The notes under the pieces: generated by a model
Told to the model about the DNA's origin: nothing
Databases searched by the model: none
What the model saw: only the letters and a program-made list of their open reading frames with translations
Source: a candidate division WWE3 bacterium
Lineage (GTDB): Bacteria; Patescibacteriota; WWE3; JAPLWK01
Assembly: GCA_026396615.1 (NCBI GenBank)
Contig: JAPLWK010000008.1
Coordinates: 75,817 to 139,816 of the forward strand
Direction of reading: 5' to 3'
Length of the DNA: 64,000 nt
In this document: positions 10,274 to 19,400 of the stretch, one piece after another
Position numbering within the stretch: the first letter of the stretch is position 1
How the letters are laid out: every line of letters begins with the position of its first letter
Translations under genes and position numbers: made by a program

Positions 10274-11813
10274 TAAACCAATCTTTACTGAGGCACTGTG
10301 GATTGGTTTAACAGCAGCCATTTTATTTTTCGTATTTCTTAATATAGCTCTTAAATACTTAGATCCCGATTTAGGTTGGCATTTAGTAATTGCCCAAAAT
10401 TTCTTAGAAACCGGCTTCTTCCCCAGTGTAGATGTGTACTCTTTTGCTATTAAAAACTTTCCTTGGGTAGTGTTTGAATTTCACCTCTCTAACCTAATGT
10501 ACTTAATTTATAAGCAAATTAGTTATTTAGGGTTAGCGGTAGTTTTTTCGGGAATAACAGCCGCCTTACTCACTTTACATATTTATTTAACTCGCCAAAT
10601 ATTTAAAATACGCCTACTAACTATCCTAATTTTCGGTGGCGTTTTAATAATCGGCACCTTTAGCACTTTTGGGATTCGCACCCCGGTATTTTCGATTTGG
10701 GCCAACATAATCCTTTTTTGGTTGCTGTGGGATCTACTAAAAGACAAACCTCGATTACTTACTAGATTATCGTTGATGGGACTATTTTTAATCTGGGCTA
10801 ATTGCCACCCCAGCTTTTTTGTAGGAGTGGCCACTTTAGTGATTGCGGTAATCTATAAAACTCTGCGCCGCAAAACAGTTAGTTTAGCCGACATTACCAC
10901 CGTCATCACTACCGGCTTAATAACACTGCTGAACCCTTACGGCATTCGACTATGGTGGGAAGCTCTGGGGCACTTTTTGCCCACTAGTAGCTTAATGCAT
11001 ACATATATTAGAGAGTGGCAATCGGTGTTTAAAATGTTTCCAGTGGATTTACTGGGGCTAATTACTCTCTTTTTCGTACTGCTGGTGTTTATAGAAAATT
11101 TTAAGAAACTGTGGAAAAACTACCCCGCTCATTTTATCGTCGCTGTAATCTTTTTAGTGGGTACTTTTATGGCCACTCGTAATATTGGCCTCTTAGCTAT
11201 TTGGGCCTTACCCTTAGTCTTAGCTACCCTAAACAATAGTGTAAAGGTGGCTCTTCCGCCAAAACATTATCATTTAATTAGGGTGCTCCAAGGCGCCCTA
11301 GCCATTTTAATAGTTAGTGAATTTGTCAGCTTATTAGCAATTAATTGGTGCACTAACTTTCTGCAAACTGGGGCCAGTGGCTACCCTTCAAGTAAAGCTT
11401 TAGACGAAGTTAAGCAATTAACTAATCAGGGTGAGTGGTTATACAATCCTTATGATTGGGGTGGCTATTTAGACTGGCACTTTAAAGGGACTCCTCAAGT
11501 TTTTATTGACGGACGAATGCCCGCCACCTGGTTTAATAAAGATAATTTCCCGTTTAAAGATTATGTGGCCATGTATAGCACTAAGGGTAAAGGGGAAATT
11601 TTCGCCAAGTATGATTTTACGGTGGCGATAGTTAAACCAACTATAGCGTCCAGTCTTGACCCTTTTAATCGATTTTTAATTGGGGGAGCGGCGGGCGAAG
11701 CTAAACTGAACGCCGAGGCGGAAAGATTATCCGTAAAAACTTGGCTGGAGGGGCAACCGAATTGGAAAAAAGTTTATAAAGATGACACAGCTGTAATATT
11801 TGTCAAAAAGTAA
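10254..11813 (+). CDS. Polytopic membrane protein, GT-C/glycosyltransferase-like
   Basis: DPDLGWHL, IWANCH, LLNPYG, YIREW, YNPYDWGGYL, VFIDGRM, VYKDDTAVIF. Confidence 0.7.
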   Translation: MKIPKFNKPIFTEALWIGLTAAILFFVFLNIALKYLDPDLGWHLVIAQNFLETGFFPSVDVYSFAIKNFPWVVFEFHLSNLMYLIYKQISYLGLAVVFSGITAALLTLHIYLTRQIFKIRLLTILIFGGVLIIGTFSTFGIRTPVFSIWANIILFWLLWDLLKDKPRLLTRLSLMGLFLIWANCHPSFFVGVATLVIAVIYKTLRRKTVSLADITTVITTGLITLLNPYGIRLWWEALGHFLPTSSLMHTYIREWQSVFKMFPVDLLGLITLFFVLLVFIENFKKLWKNYPAHFIVAVIFLVGTFMATRNIGLLAIWALPLVLATLNNSVKVALPPKHYHLIRVLQGALAILIVSEFVSLLAINWCTNFLQTGASGYPSSKALDEVKQLTNQGEWLYNPYDWGGYLDWHFKGTPQVFIDGRMPATWFNKDNFPFKDYVAMYSTKGKGEIFAKYDFTVAIVKPTIASSLDPFNRFLIGGAAGEAKLNAEAERLSVKTWLEGQPNWKKVYKDDTAVIFVKK

Positions 11814-11905
11814 TCGATATTCGGATACATTCGGAATCAATTCGGATTAATGAACGCTCATTTCATTCGCTATCAATTTCACTAGGCTTTCAATTGTAGG
11901 ATGTC

Positions 11906-13633
11906 TCACTTCACTTCAAACCAAGTGCTGTAAATCCAATCTTTCTCCGGGCTACGAACGTTAAAGGCGTAGCGAAAGCGGATGCCAGTGATCTCACCAC
12001 TATCGATTGACCGGTTGGACCCTTCGGCTTTAACCCATTTGACTCGGGAACTGCTGCCTCCCATCGTCTCCACAGACACTGATTTAACGGCTTCGATTGG
12101 CGTCTTCCCCTCACTCTTCAGCATCGAGCGGACATCTTCCATTGACGTTTTGCTGCTGACCTTATCCAAATCCGACGGACTTAAAAGAGCGGTATTTAAA
12201 ACGTCACCCATATCAATTTGTCCAATCTGGGTCCCCTCAGAACTATCCTTTTTTGGCGGAAAACTTTGGGTTTTCCAGGAATTACTCATGAGGGCACTCC
12301 AATTATTGTAGGGCGACATGGTGTCGTTAAAGTCTGTTGACCGAAGATAGGGATAAGCATCGTTAATAGAGCCTGAATCTTTATACTGCCGCGTATCGCT
12401 ATTAAAAGCAAACGACGGTGTGTCGCCAATAGAATCGGTGTGCGGCCCGGAAGTCGAGAAGTAAAAAGCCCGAATTGGTTCGCCTGAATAAACCATAATT
12501 TTACCCCGAGTTTTATCGGCGGCGTCTTTTTTGGCCGTCCCGCCAATGTAAACTTGACAAGCTTGAGTGGTACAAATGGAACTGTTATTTATGGCATAAG
12601 TGCGAGCGGCAATGATTTGGACCCGATCCATGACGGCGGCAGCATCACTATTAATTGTCCGCCACACCGGATCGGTTTCGCCAATTCCGGCTAAATACTC
12701 GTCCTCAAAGTTCATGCTTCCATAACCCTCGACGTTAATCGAGTCTTTAGAGACGGTCTTAAAGTCGATATCGTGATAATAAAATTTAAGAATCCTTTCT
12801 TCGTCCCAACCTTGGGCGGCCAACATAAAAGCGCCCCATTGGCTCATGCCCACTCCATGCTCCGTCCCGTAACCACCAATGCGCCACGAGGGAGCACCGG
12901 AGGCATTTGGAGTATTTGGGCGGCCGGACCCAGATTCTTTAATATTCTGAACGGCCGACTGCTGCCAACTCATTTGACTGCTAATCTCGGCACTTAAGTC
13001 CGACAGTTTCTGACCAAGAATGGCTTCCTGAGCGGCATATTGTGACAAACGAGCCGAGGCTTCATTCGCCTGATTTTTAAGTTTGCTTTGCAAATTAGCT
13101 AAGGCTTGTTGTTGAGCCAGCAATTGATTTTTAATGGACAGGGCTTCCGCTTTGTTGGCCTCAAAATTAGTGATCTCGTCGTTAAGATTGGTAACAGTGG
13201 CGCGAACGTTGTTTAAAGTGACTTTAAAATAGATTAGACGCTCCGGCCATTCCTGCCAGGAATTAGAAGAAAATAAGAGGACCAAAGGAATGACTTCGCC
13301 CCGTTTGTAATAATCCAAAACCGCCGCGTCTCGCAAAGTTTCCTGTATTGCAATTTTGCCTTTGCGATCAGCCAAACTGGCTTCAATTTGAGTTAAAGTT
13401 GACAGCGTGGCCGTAATTTTAGCTTGCACTGCCGCAATTTGAGAGTCGGTTAAGCCCAGTTTGGTAGACAAATCTTTTAGTTCCACCGCCAAGTTGTCTT
13501 TATCGGATTTGAGTTTAGACAGTTGAGTGGCGGTACTTTGATAATCATCCAAAATTGAAGCCGAGGCAACATTTCCGTTGACAGAAAGCGCCAGAGACAC
13601 TAGGATGATGGGAATGAAGAGAAACCACCGCAT
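11906..13633 (-). CDS. Secreted coiled-coil + SpoIID/LytB-domain peptidoglycan hydrolase
   Basis: Start re-set to MRWFLFIPII (signal peptide, TATAAT 7 nt upstream); long coiled coil; GYGTEHGVGMSQWGA, ILKFYY, YLAGIGE, QIIAARTYA, CTTQACQVY, YFSTSG, YPYLRS. Confidence 0.85.
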   Translation of the reverse strand: MRWFLFIPIILVSLALSVNGNVASASILDDYQSTATQLSKLKSDKDNLAVELKDLSTKLGLTDSQIAAVQAKITATLSTLTQIEASLADRKGKIAIQETLRDAAVLDYYKRGEVIPLVLLFSSNSWQEWPERLIYFKVTLNNVRATVTNLNDEITNFEANKAEALSIKNQLLAQQQALANLQSKLKNQANEASARLSQYAAQEAILGQKLSDLSAEISSQMSWQQSAVQNIKESGSGRPNTPNASGAPSWRIGGYGTEHGVGMSQWGAFMLAAQGWDEERILKFYYHDIDFKTVSKDSINVEGYGSMNFEDEYLAGIGETDPVWRTINSDAAAVMDRVQIIAARTYAINNSSICTTQACQVYIGGTAKKDAADKTRGKIMVYSGEPIRAFYFSTSGPHTDSIGDTPSFAFNSDTRQYKDSGSINDAYPYLRSTDFNDTMSPYNNWSALMSNSWKTQSFPPKKDSSEGTQIGQIDMGDVLNTALLSPSDLDKVSSKTSMEDVRSMLKSEGKTPIEAVKSVSVETMGGSSSRVKWVKAEGSNRSIDSGEITGIRFRYAFNVRSPEKDWIYSTWFEVK

Positions 13634-13967
13634 TGGTTTGATTATACCAACTATTTTGGCTTCCCAATTTTTACTGGCTCCCAAAGTTTTGGCCGCGGAT
13701 ATTGCCACTAACGACATCGGTAGTTTTGTGGGCGGTATCGCAGTCGCGGCAGTGGGTATTGGCGGTGGTGTCGCTCTACTTTTAATAATTATTGGTGGCC
13801 TCATGTTTTCTTTAAGTCGTGGCGATCAGGATAAAGTTCAAAAGGCTAAAGATATGATCACCAGCGCTATTGCAGGGCTGCTCTTAATAATCTTCGCGAC
13901 TGTAATTCTTCGAGTCATCGGCGTTGATATCTTTGGTTTACCGGGAATGCCAGTCTTTAATTTCTAG
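13614..13967 (+). CDS. VirB2/TrbC-like (T4SS) pilin 1
   Basis: Two TM helices joined by GG...S.GDQDKVQKAKDMITSAIAGLLLI; start uncertain because it overlaps the divergent SpoIID start. Confidence 0.8.
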   Translation: MKRNHRIGLIIPTILASQFLLAPKVLAADIATNDIGSFVGGIAVAAVGIGGGVALLLIIIGGLMFSLSRGDQDKVQKAKDMITSAIAGLLLIIFATVILRVIGVDIFGLPGMPVFNF

Positions 13968-13969
13968 TT

Positions 13970-14920
13970 ATGAAATTTTTAAAAGTCTTTTTTTTGTGTT
14001 CGATTATCTCTGCAGCTCTAGTATTTTCAAGTCGACCTGTTTTGGCAGCTGCCGGAGACTGCGGAGCGGGCTCCTGTCCGGCTAATTATACCTGCCAAGC
14101 GACATCCAATCCGATATTTTGTTGCCCAGTTGCTACTCCGACTCTTACCGCTTGTGGCACCAGCTGCTGCGAAGTCGCTAATTGCTATCATCCGGCAATA
14201 GGTTTACCAACCTGCGTTAATACCAACACCAGTAACTTAAGCACCTGTGGAAGTAATCTCTGTGTCACACAAATTTGTTGTGATACAGGCACATTAGATA
14301 ACTGTGTGCCATTACCAGCTGCCGGTTGTAGTCAGCGTCAACGGGTAAACGATGGCTGCGATAGCGACGGCGTTACCTGTCACCTAAAGCCTACCGACGC
14401 TTCGGTCCCCGCGCGGTTCATCACCGCGGCCGGTTCTGAGTGTGGTAATCACTTATGTGACCCCGGTGAGGCGTGTGAGTTTTCGATTGTCGCCGGAGGC
14501 GTACCTTTTACCTGCGATGGCAATGGCGGCACATCACCACTACCTGCTGGACAAACTTGCAACGCCACCTGTACACAAATTATTTCCAACGGCCAAGGTG
14601 GAGCGATTAGCGGCAATCCCTCAACGTATCATCTTGACACCACTGCCATCGGGGTCACCCCTAAATTCACAACGCTTGGTGGCATTACTTCTTTTGTCGT
14701 TAAGACAATGGTCGGGTTGGCTGGCGTGGCTTTTATGATCATGTTTTTGATCGGCGCCTTTAAGTTTGTGACTTCCCAAGGCGATAAAGCGGCTGTAGAG
14801 AGTGCCAAAGGCACGATTACCAGTGCTTTTATTGGCGTGGCCTTAACGGCGGCCTTATTTGCTATAATGACGCTGCTACAGAACGTTTTTGGCGTTTCGT
14901 TACTAAACATCACGACCTAA
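13970..14920 (+). CDS. Pilin 2: Cys-rich extracellular domain fused to a C-terminal VirB2/TrbC-like pilin
   Basis: Signal peptide ending PVLA, 24 Cys in the mature N-terminal region, then GAFKFVTSQGDKAAVESAKGTITSAFIG. Confidence 0.8.
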   Translation: MKFLKVFFLCSIISAALVFSSRPVLAAAGDCGAGSCPANYTCQATSNPIFCCPVATPTLTACGTSCCEVANCYHPAIGLPTCVNTNTSNLSTCGSNLCVTQICCDTGTLDNCVPLPAAGCSQRQRVNDGCDSDGVTCHLKPTDASVPARFITAAGSECGNHLCDPGEACEFSIVAGGVPFTCDGNGGTSPLPAGQTCNATCTQIISNGQGGAISGNPSTYHLDTTAIGVTPKFTTLGGITSFVVKTMVGLAGVAFMIMFLIGAFKFVTSQGDKAAVESAKGTITSAFIGVALTAALFAIMTLLQNVFGVSLLNITT

Positions 14921-14923
14921 GTT

Positions 14924-15238
14924 ATGAACTTAATTACTAAAGCCTACGCTGTTGTGATTGATCCTGGAATGATTGGGGTTAAAAATATTACCCCGGAATC
15001 GGGAATTATGATGGTCGTTAAAGCTCTAATTGGCGCTTGCGGCTTTGGCGCTTTTATTTTTTTAATAATCGGTGGCGTCAAATTTGTGGTCTCAGCGGGA
15101 GACAAAGGGGCCGTGGAAAGTGCTAAAAAGACAATTACCTTCGCCGTCATCGGCCTGGTCCTGGCCGCGGCCGCTTTTGCAATTGCCTCCTTGTTACAAA
15201 ACGTATTAGGGATTAATATTCTAAATGTAACTATCTAA
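14924..15238 (+). CDS. VirB2/TrbC-like pilin 3
   Basis: GGVKFVVSAGDKGAVESAKKTITFAVIGLVL. Confidence 0.85.
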   Translation: MNLITKAYAVVIDPGMIGVKNITPESGIMMVVKALIGACGFGAFIFLIIGGVKFVVSAGDKGAVESAKKTITFAVIGLVLAAAAFAIASLLQNVLGINILNVTI

Positions 15239-15262
15239 AAACAGGAGGTGACTTAATTTATT

Positions 15263-15621
15263 ATGTTTTTAATCAAAGATCTATTAGTAAAAGCTGCGTA
15301 TGCGGCACCAATTGATATTTTTAAAACTGCAGACGCTACCAGCGTTGACTTAAAAATTCAGAATGTTCAGACAGTAGTTTCTACCGGTATTAAAGCCCTA
15401 ATCGGAGCCGCCGGTTTACTGTTCTTTGTGATGTTAGTCTGGGGTGGTATTCAATTCGTCACTTCTGGCGGCGATAAAGCTCAAGCTACCGCCGCTAAAG
15501 ACCGAATTACTCACGCTTTATTGGCATCGTAATTGTGGCAGCCGCTTTCGCTATTGCCACGTTGCTCCAAAACGTCTTAGGAATTGGAATTACCGATTAC
15601 AACATTAGTAATGCTTACTAA
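15263..15621 (+). pseudogene. VirB2/TrbC-like pilin 4 with a 1-nt deletion
   Basis: cacgctttattggc versus cacgctcttattggc in pilin 5: a C is missing after 15517. Restoring it gives ...HALIGIVIVAAAFAIATLLQNVLGIGITDYNISNAY* ending at 15621. SD AGGAGGTGA upstream. Confidence 0.85.
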
Positions 15622-15963
15622 GGGAGGTGAATTGTTATAATTATGAATTTTTTAAATATAATCTCTGGTAAAGCTTTCGCTGAAAGTGTATTTGTAACCG
15701 GAAATAAAGCCACCGCTGTAGGCTTAAATATCTCCGACACCGGACTTCTGGTGTCCACAGCTATCAAAGCCTTAATCGGAGCCGCCGGTTTACTGTTCTT
15801 TGTGATGTTAGTCTGGGGTGGTATTCAATTCGTCACTTCTGGCGGCGATAAAGCTCAAGCTACCGCCGCTAAAGACCGAATTACTCACGCTCTTATTGGC
15901 ATCGTAATTGTGGCAGCCGCTTTCGCTATTGCCACGTTGCTCCAAAACGTCTTAGGAATTGGA
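15399..15963 (+). repeat. 190/191-bp direct repeat shared by pilin 4 (15399-15588) and pilin 5 (15773-15963)
   Basis: Read by eye, the copies are identical except for the single C indel. Confidence 0.9.
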
Positions 15964-15996
15964 GTTACCAACTTCACGATCCAACAGGCTTACTAA
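15643..15996 (+). CDS. VirB2/TrbC-like pilin 5
   Basis: WGGIQFVTSGGDKAQATAAKDRITHALIGIVIV; strong SD GGGAGGTGA. Confidence 0.9.
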   Translation: MNFLNIISGKAFAESVFVTGNKATAVGLNISDTGLLVSTAIKALIGAAGLLFFVMLVWGGIQFVTSGGDKAQATAAKDRITHALIGIVIVAAAFAIATLLQNVLGIGVTNFTIQQAY

Positions 15997-16010
15997 TCAA
16001 ACGTTTCGCC

Positions 16011-16035
16011 CGGTAGCTAGGCAATCTAGCTACCG
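16011..16035 (+). terminator. 10-bp hairpin after pilin 5 (weak terminator or mRNA 3' stabiliser)
   Basis: cggtagctag-gcaat-ctagctaccg, with no immediate U tract. Confidence 0.5.
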
Positions 16036-16059
16036 AAGCATCGTTAGATTTTTTAGTAT

Positions 16060-16368
16060 ATGGCTATATGCACAATTGGTGATCCACCCACTATAGATCA
16101 ACTGGGCCCCTGCTTTGTAAGCATTATTAAGCTAGTGGTAGGTTTTGCTGGGGTGGCTACCGTAATTGTGTTTTTAATTGGCACCGTTCAGTACATCACT
16201 TCCCGCGGTGACAAAGAAGGCGTTACCGCGGCTAAGGGTACCCTCACCTACGCCATTATTGGCCTGGTGGTGGTCGCCGTCGCCTTTGGGCTAGTCAGTC
16301 TTATTGACCGAACTATTCTTGGTGGAACCAACACTCTTCTCAACTTCGACGTTCCCAGTATTCACTAA
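16060..16368 (+). CDS. VirB2/TrbC-like pilin 6
   Basis: GTVQYITSRGDKEGVTAAKGTLTYAIIGLVVV. Confidence 0.85.
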   Translation: MAICTIGDPPTIDQLGPCFVSIIKLVVGFAGVATVIVFLIGTVQYITSRGDKEGVTAAKGTLTYAIIGLVVVAVAFGLVSLIDRTILGGTNTLLNFDVPSIH

Positions 16369-16377
16369 ACTCCATTT

Positions 16378-16408
16378 GTCATTCCGGGCTTGACCCGGAA
16401 TCCAGTAA
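16378..16408 (+). repeat. Solo GTCATTCC type A palindrome
   Basis: gtcattccgggcttgacccggaatccagtaa. Confidence 0.9.
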
Positions 16409-16444
16409 CTTCAGATTGATAATTAATTAGTTTATACTTACCTC

Positions 16445-19400
16445 ATGCCCAAGCGAGTGTCGATAATATTGGAATTTTCATTATTATTAATTGCAATTAT
16501 TATTCTAAAACCAACCCCCGCCTTTGCCGCTGCTCCGGATCCCGTGGCCTGCTTCACCAACGAAGATCCCACCTTTGGGGGCGTTACTCGAGGCAATTCT
16601 ACCAGCTTTAATGTTCTATTGAACATGAAAATCACCGATTTCTACTGCGCCGCTCCTAACTGGCCCGTCGCTTCCGTTCTTGAAGGCAACGATGCCACGC
16701 ATATGGATGTTGGCACTAACTGCCCGGCGGCCAATGATCCGGCAGTCCTGGCTAAAATCGTGGCCCAACTAAAAAGCCAAATCGAGAATGTTTCCTTAAT
16801 CCCAGGTGCCATGACCAATCCCAGCGTTCTTAGTCAAGCCAATTTTCAGGGCGATACTACTTGGACGTTACTGCGACCGCCTAGTGATATTACTCCCAAC
16901 AAAGTCAACAATATTACCGGCCAAACCGCTCTTAATACAGTGGGCACTTCCAAGATTTACTACGCCGCCTGCACCAACGTGCCCGAGGTGGGACCGGTCT
17001 GGTTTTCAATGGCTAAAGACGTCCCAGCTCCTCAGGGCAAAGTCCTACCCTCGTATCGTAAAGAAGCCGCCGCCTCTTTTTACCTGCAAAATTATTTGAC
17101 CCAAGTGCCGGGTGACGATCCAATCATTAAAGAGCTTAAAAAGGAAACGCCGGTTTTTAATGACAATACTACCTCCGACCTTCTTCCCTTTCCAAAACTT
17201 AGCTTTCAGTTAGCCTCTCGAAAAATTGCCGAAAGCGATTATTTAATTTACTGGAAACTATGCGCCAAAAAGGGACCTGTGGACACAGTCAAAAAAAATA
17301 TTTCATGCCAACTTAGTAATTTTATTACTGACATCGAGCACACCGATGTTAGCGGTGCGAAAAGTCTGGTCGCCGAAATTCCTAACGATGCTTGGGGCAA
17401 GAACACCGGCGATGACTTCACTTGCTTTACCACCGGCGATTTCGACACCCATCCTCTTAAAGTGACAGCAACCCCAGGCAGCAGCTACCCGCTTTCCGTC
17501 AAACTCATTGGCACGCCGATTGACGAAAACGTTTGTCAGAATAATGCGCAGCTCGATAGTGCCGTTTATCTCGACCCCAATAATCAATTGGCATACAGCG
17601 GTTATTCGACTACCCCTCACGTGGCCTTCTGTAATGGCGTCAACTCAACAGTCGTCAACAATACCAGTCAGAGCGTGTGTATTGGTGGAGACTGTCATGT
17701 GACGGCGATTGCCAAATTTTTTAACGACGCTTCCGCTAAAATCAGTGCTGTTTTTGACAATTGGATTCATCAACTCACTCCTACTACTACTTGGGGTGAC
17801 GTAAATCCTGATTCCGCAGCGTCCTGTCAAAAGACAGCGGAAGATATTTGTAATGGCCCCAAAGGTCAAGGCGCTTCTGATAATCTAATCATCACCCAGT
17901 CCACGGACTTCAATTGGATTCAGGTGGATCCGGCCGCCAAACCGGTCGACAAAATAATTAAGGTTTTCGTTACCAACAATAGTAAAAGGGATGCCACCCT
18001 TAATGTTTACAGCCAAGTTCTGGTCACTAGCGAAAGATCGCTCCCGGTAACAATTACCACCTCCAATGCCGCGGGAAGCCAAAATAGTCCTCAAATTGCC
18101 GTTTACGGAAACACTATTTACTGGAATGGCCTGATCGTCCCCGCAAATGGCGTCACTACTGAACTTGATTATCACGTTAGCGTGACTGCAATAAACTCCG
18201 GAACTATTTCAGCTACTTCTGGTGTCAGTGGTGATATTTATAAAACTGTCACTTTTTATAGTGACACTAACTTTGCTTGTCAGAAAGTCGCTGGAGTTGG
18301 TACAAATTCCTGTGATCCTAAAAATAATGACGCCGACTGTAGCGCTAAGCACCTAGCATGTAATAACGGCACCGGTATCTGTGAGTTAGTAAACGGCGCC
18401 GGTACTAATACTTGTTTAACTAATTCCCAATGTAAAGACGACAAGCGACATCTTGACTGTGTAGGTAACGCCTGTGTGGCTGTGCAGGGGACTGGGGTAG
18501 ATAATTGTAATCGTTTGGCGAGTTGTAATACTACTACCCATACCGGTTGTAGCCTCGATTCGGCAAACCCAACTTGCGCGAGTTTTACTTATGTTGGTCC
18601 TAATAAACCAACCAATAATTGCAGTATCAGTGGTAATAGCGGATGCGACGGTGCTAACTCCTCAAGTTTTCATATGGAGTGCAGCAGCGTCGGTAAACCC
18701 GAGCCTAGAGATGTTTCGCAGCCCGAATCGACTTCCACGCAGTCCGGCTTAATTACCGTTTCCAGTACCAACGCTTCTGACGATGAAAACTTATGTGTGA
18801 AGATTGCGAAAATCGTCTGCTATATAACCACTATGCCGTCCCTAATGAGCGGTTACTCCTACACCCAACCTCTAGAGGTTAAAGTTTATCCGTACCCGGA
18901 GGCTTCATATACTCAAGGCATAGACACGCAAGCCGCCAGCCCTAAGGATGGTCTTTTTAATCTCTTCTACGCGCCTGGACAAGATAACAAAATCGCCGCT
19001 TTAAGCGAAAAGGATGTTGACGCCAAAGCCGGATTAAATACTAATATAAACGGTAACAGCCCCGCCACCGACGCTTCGATTAAAGGCAGCCAACAGACCC
19101 TGTCGCCTTTGAAGTATCTGCAGAAAAATGCCCTCTGCCCTCCCGGTCAAGAGGCAACCTGCCCCGATATGCCCCAAACTGTCAACGAGGCGATGCCAAC
19201 TGACGGGAGCATTCCACCTCCCGATACTCCACCGCTACCAGGACCAGTTGTTCCCGGCGCCAACGTTGGCTTCAGCGTTCCAGCTTGCACCGGAGGCAAT
19301 GACGTGGCCATTTCCCAGCGTTCGACCTACACCCAAAATATATTAGCCCAAGCCGCAGCAGCCGAGGGCGTTCCAGTGAGTTTATTAACAGCTATTTTGA

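Noticed and set aside
13634-13804. N-terminal 57 aa of the 632-aa SpoIID ORF
   Set aside because: It is antisense to pilin 1; the signal peptide and -10 box place the start at 13633.
15399-15963. Pilin direct repeat as a DGR template/variable repeat pair
   Set aside because: The copies differ by one indel rather than adenine-specific substitutions, and no reverse transcriptase is in the window.
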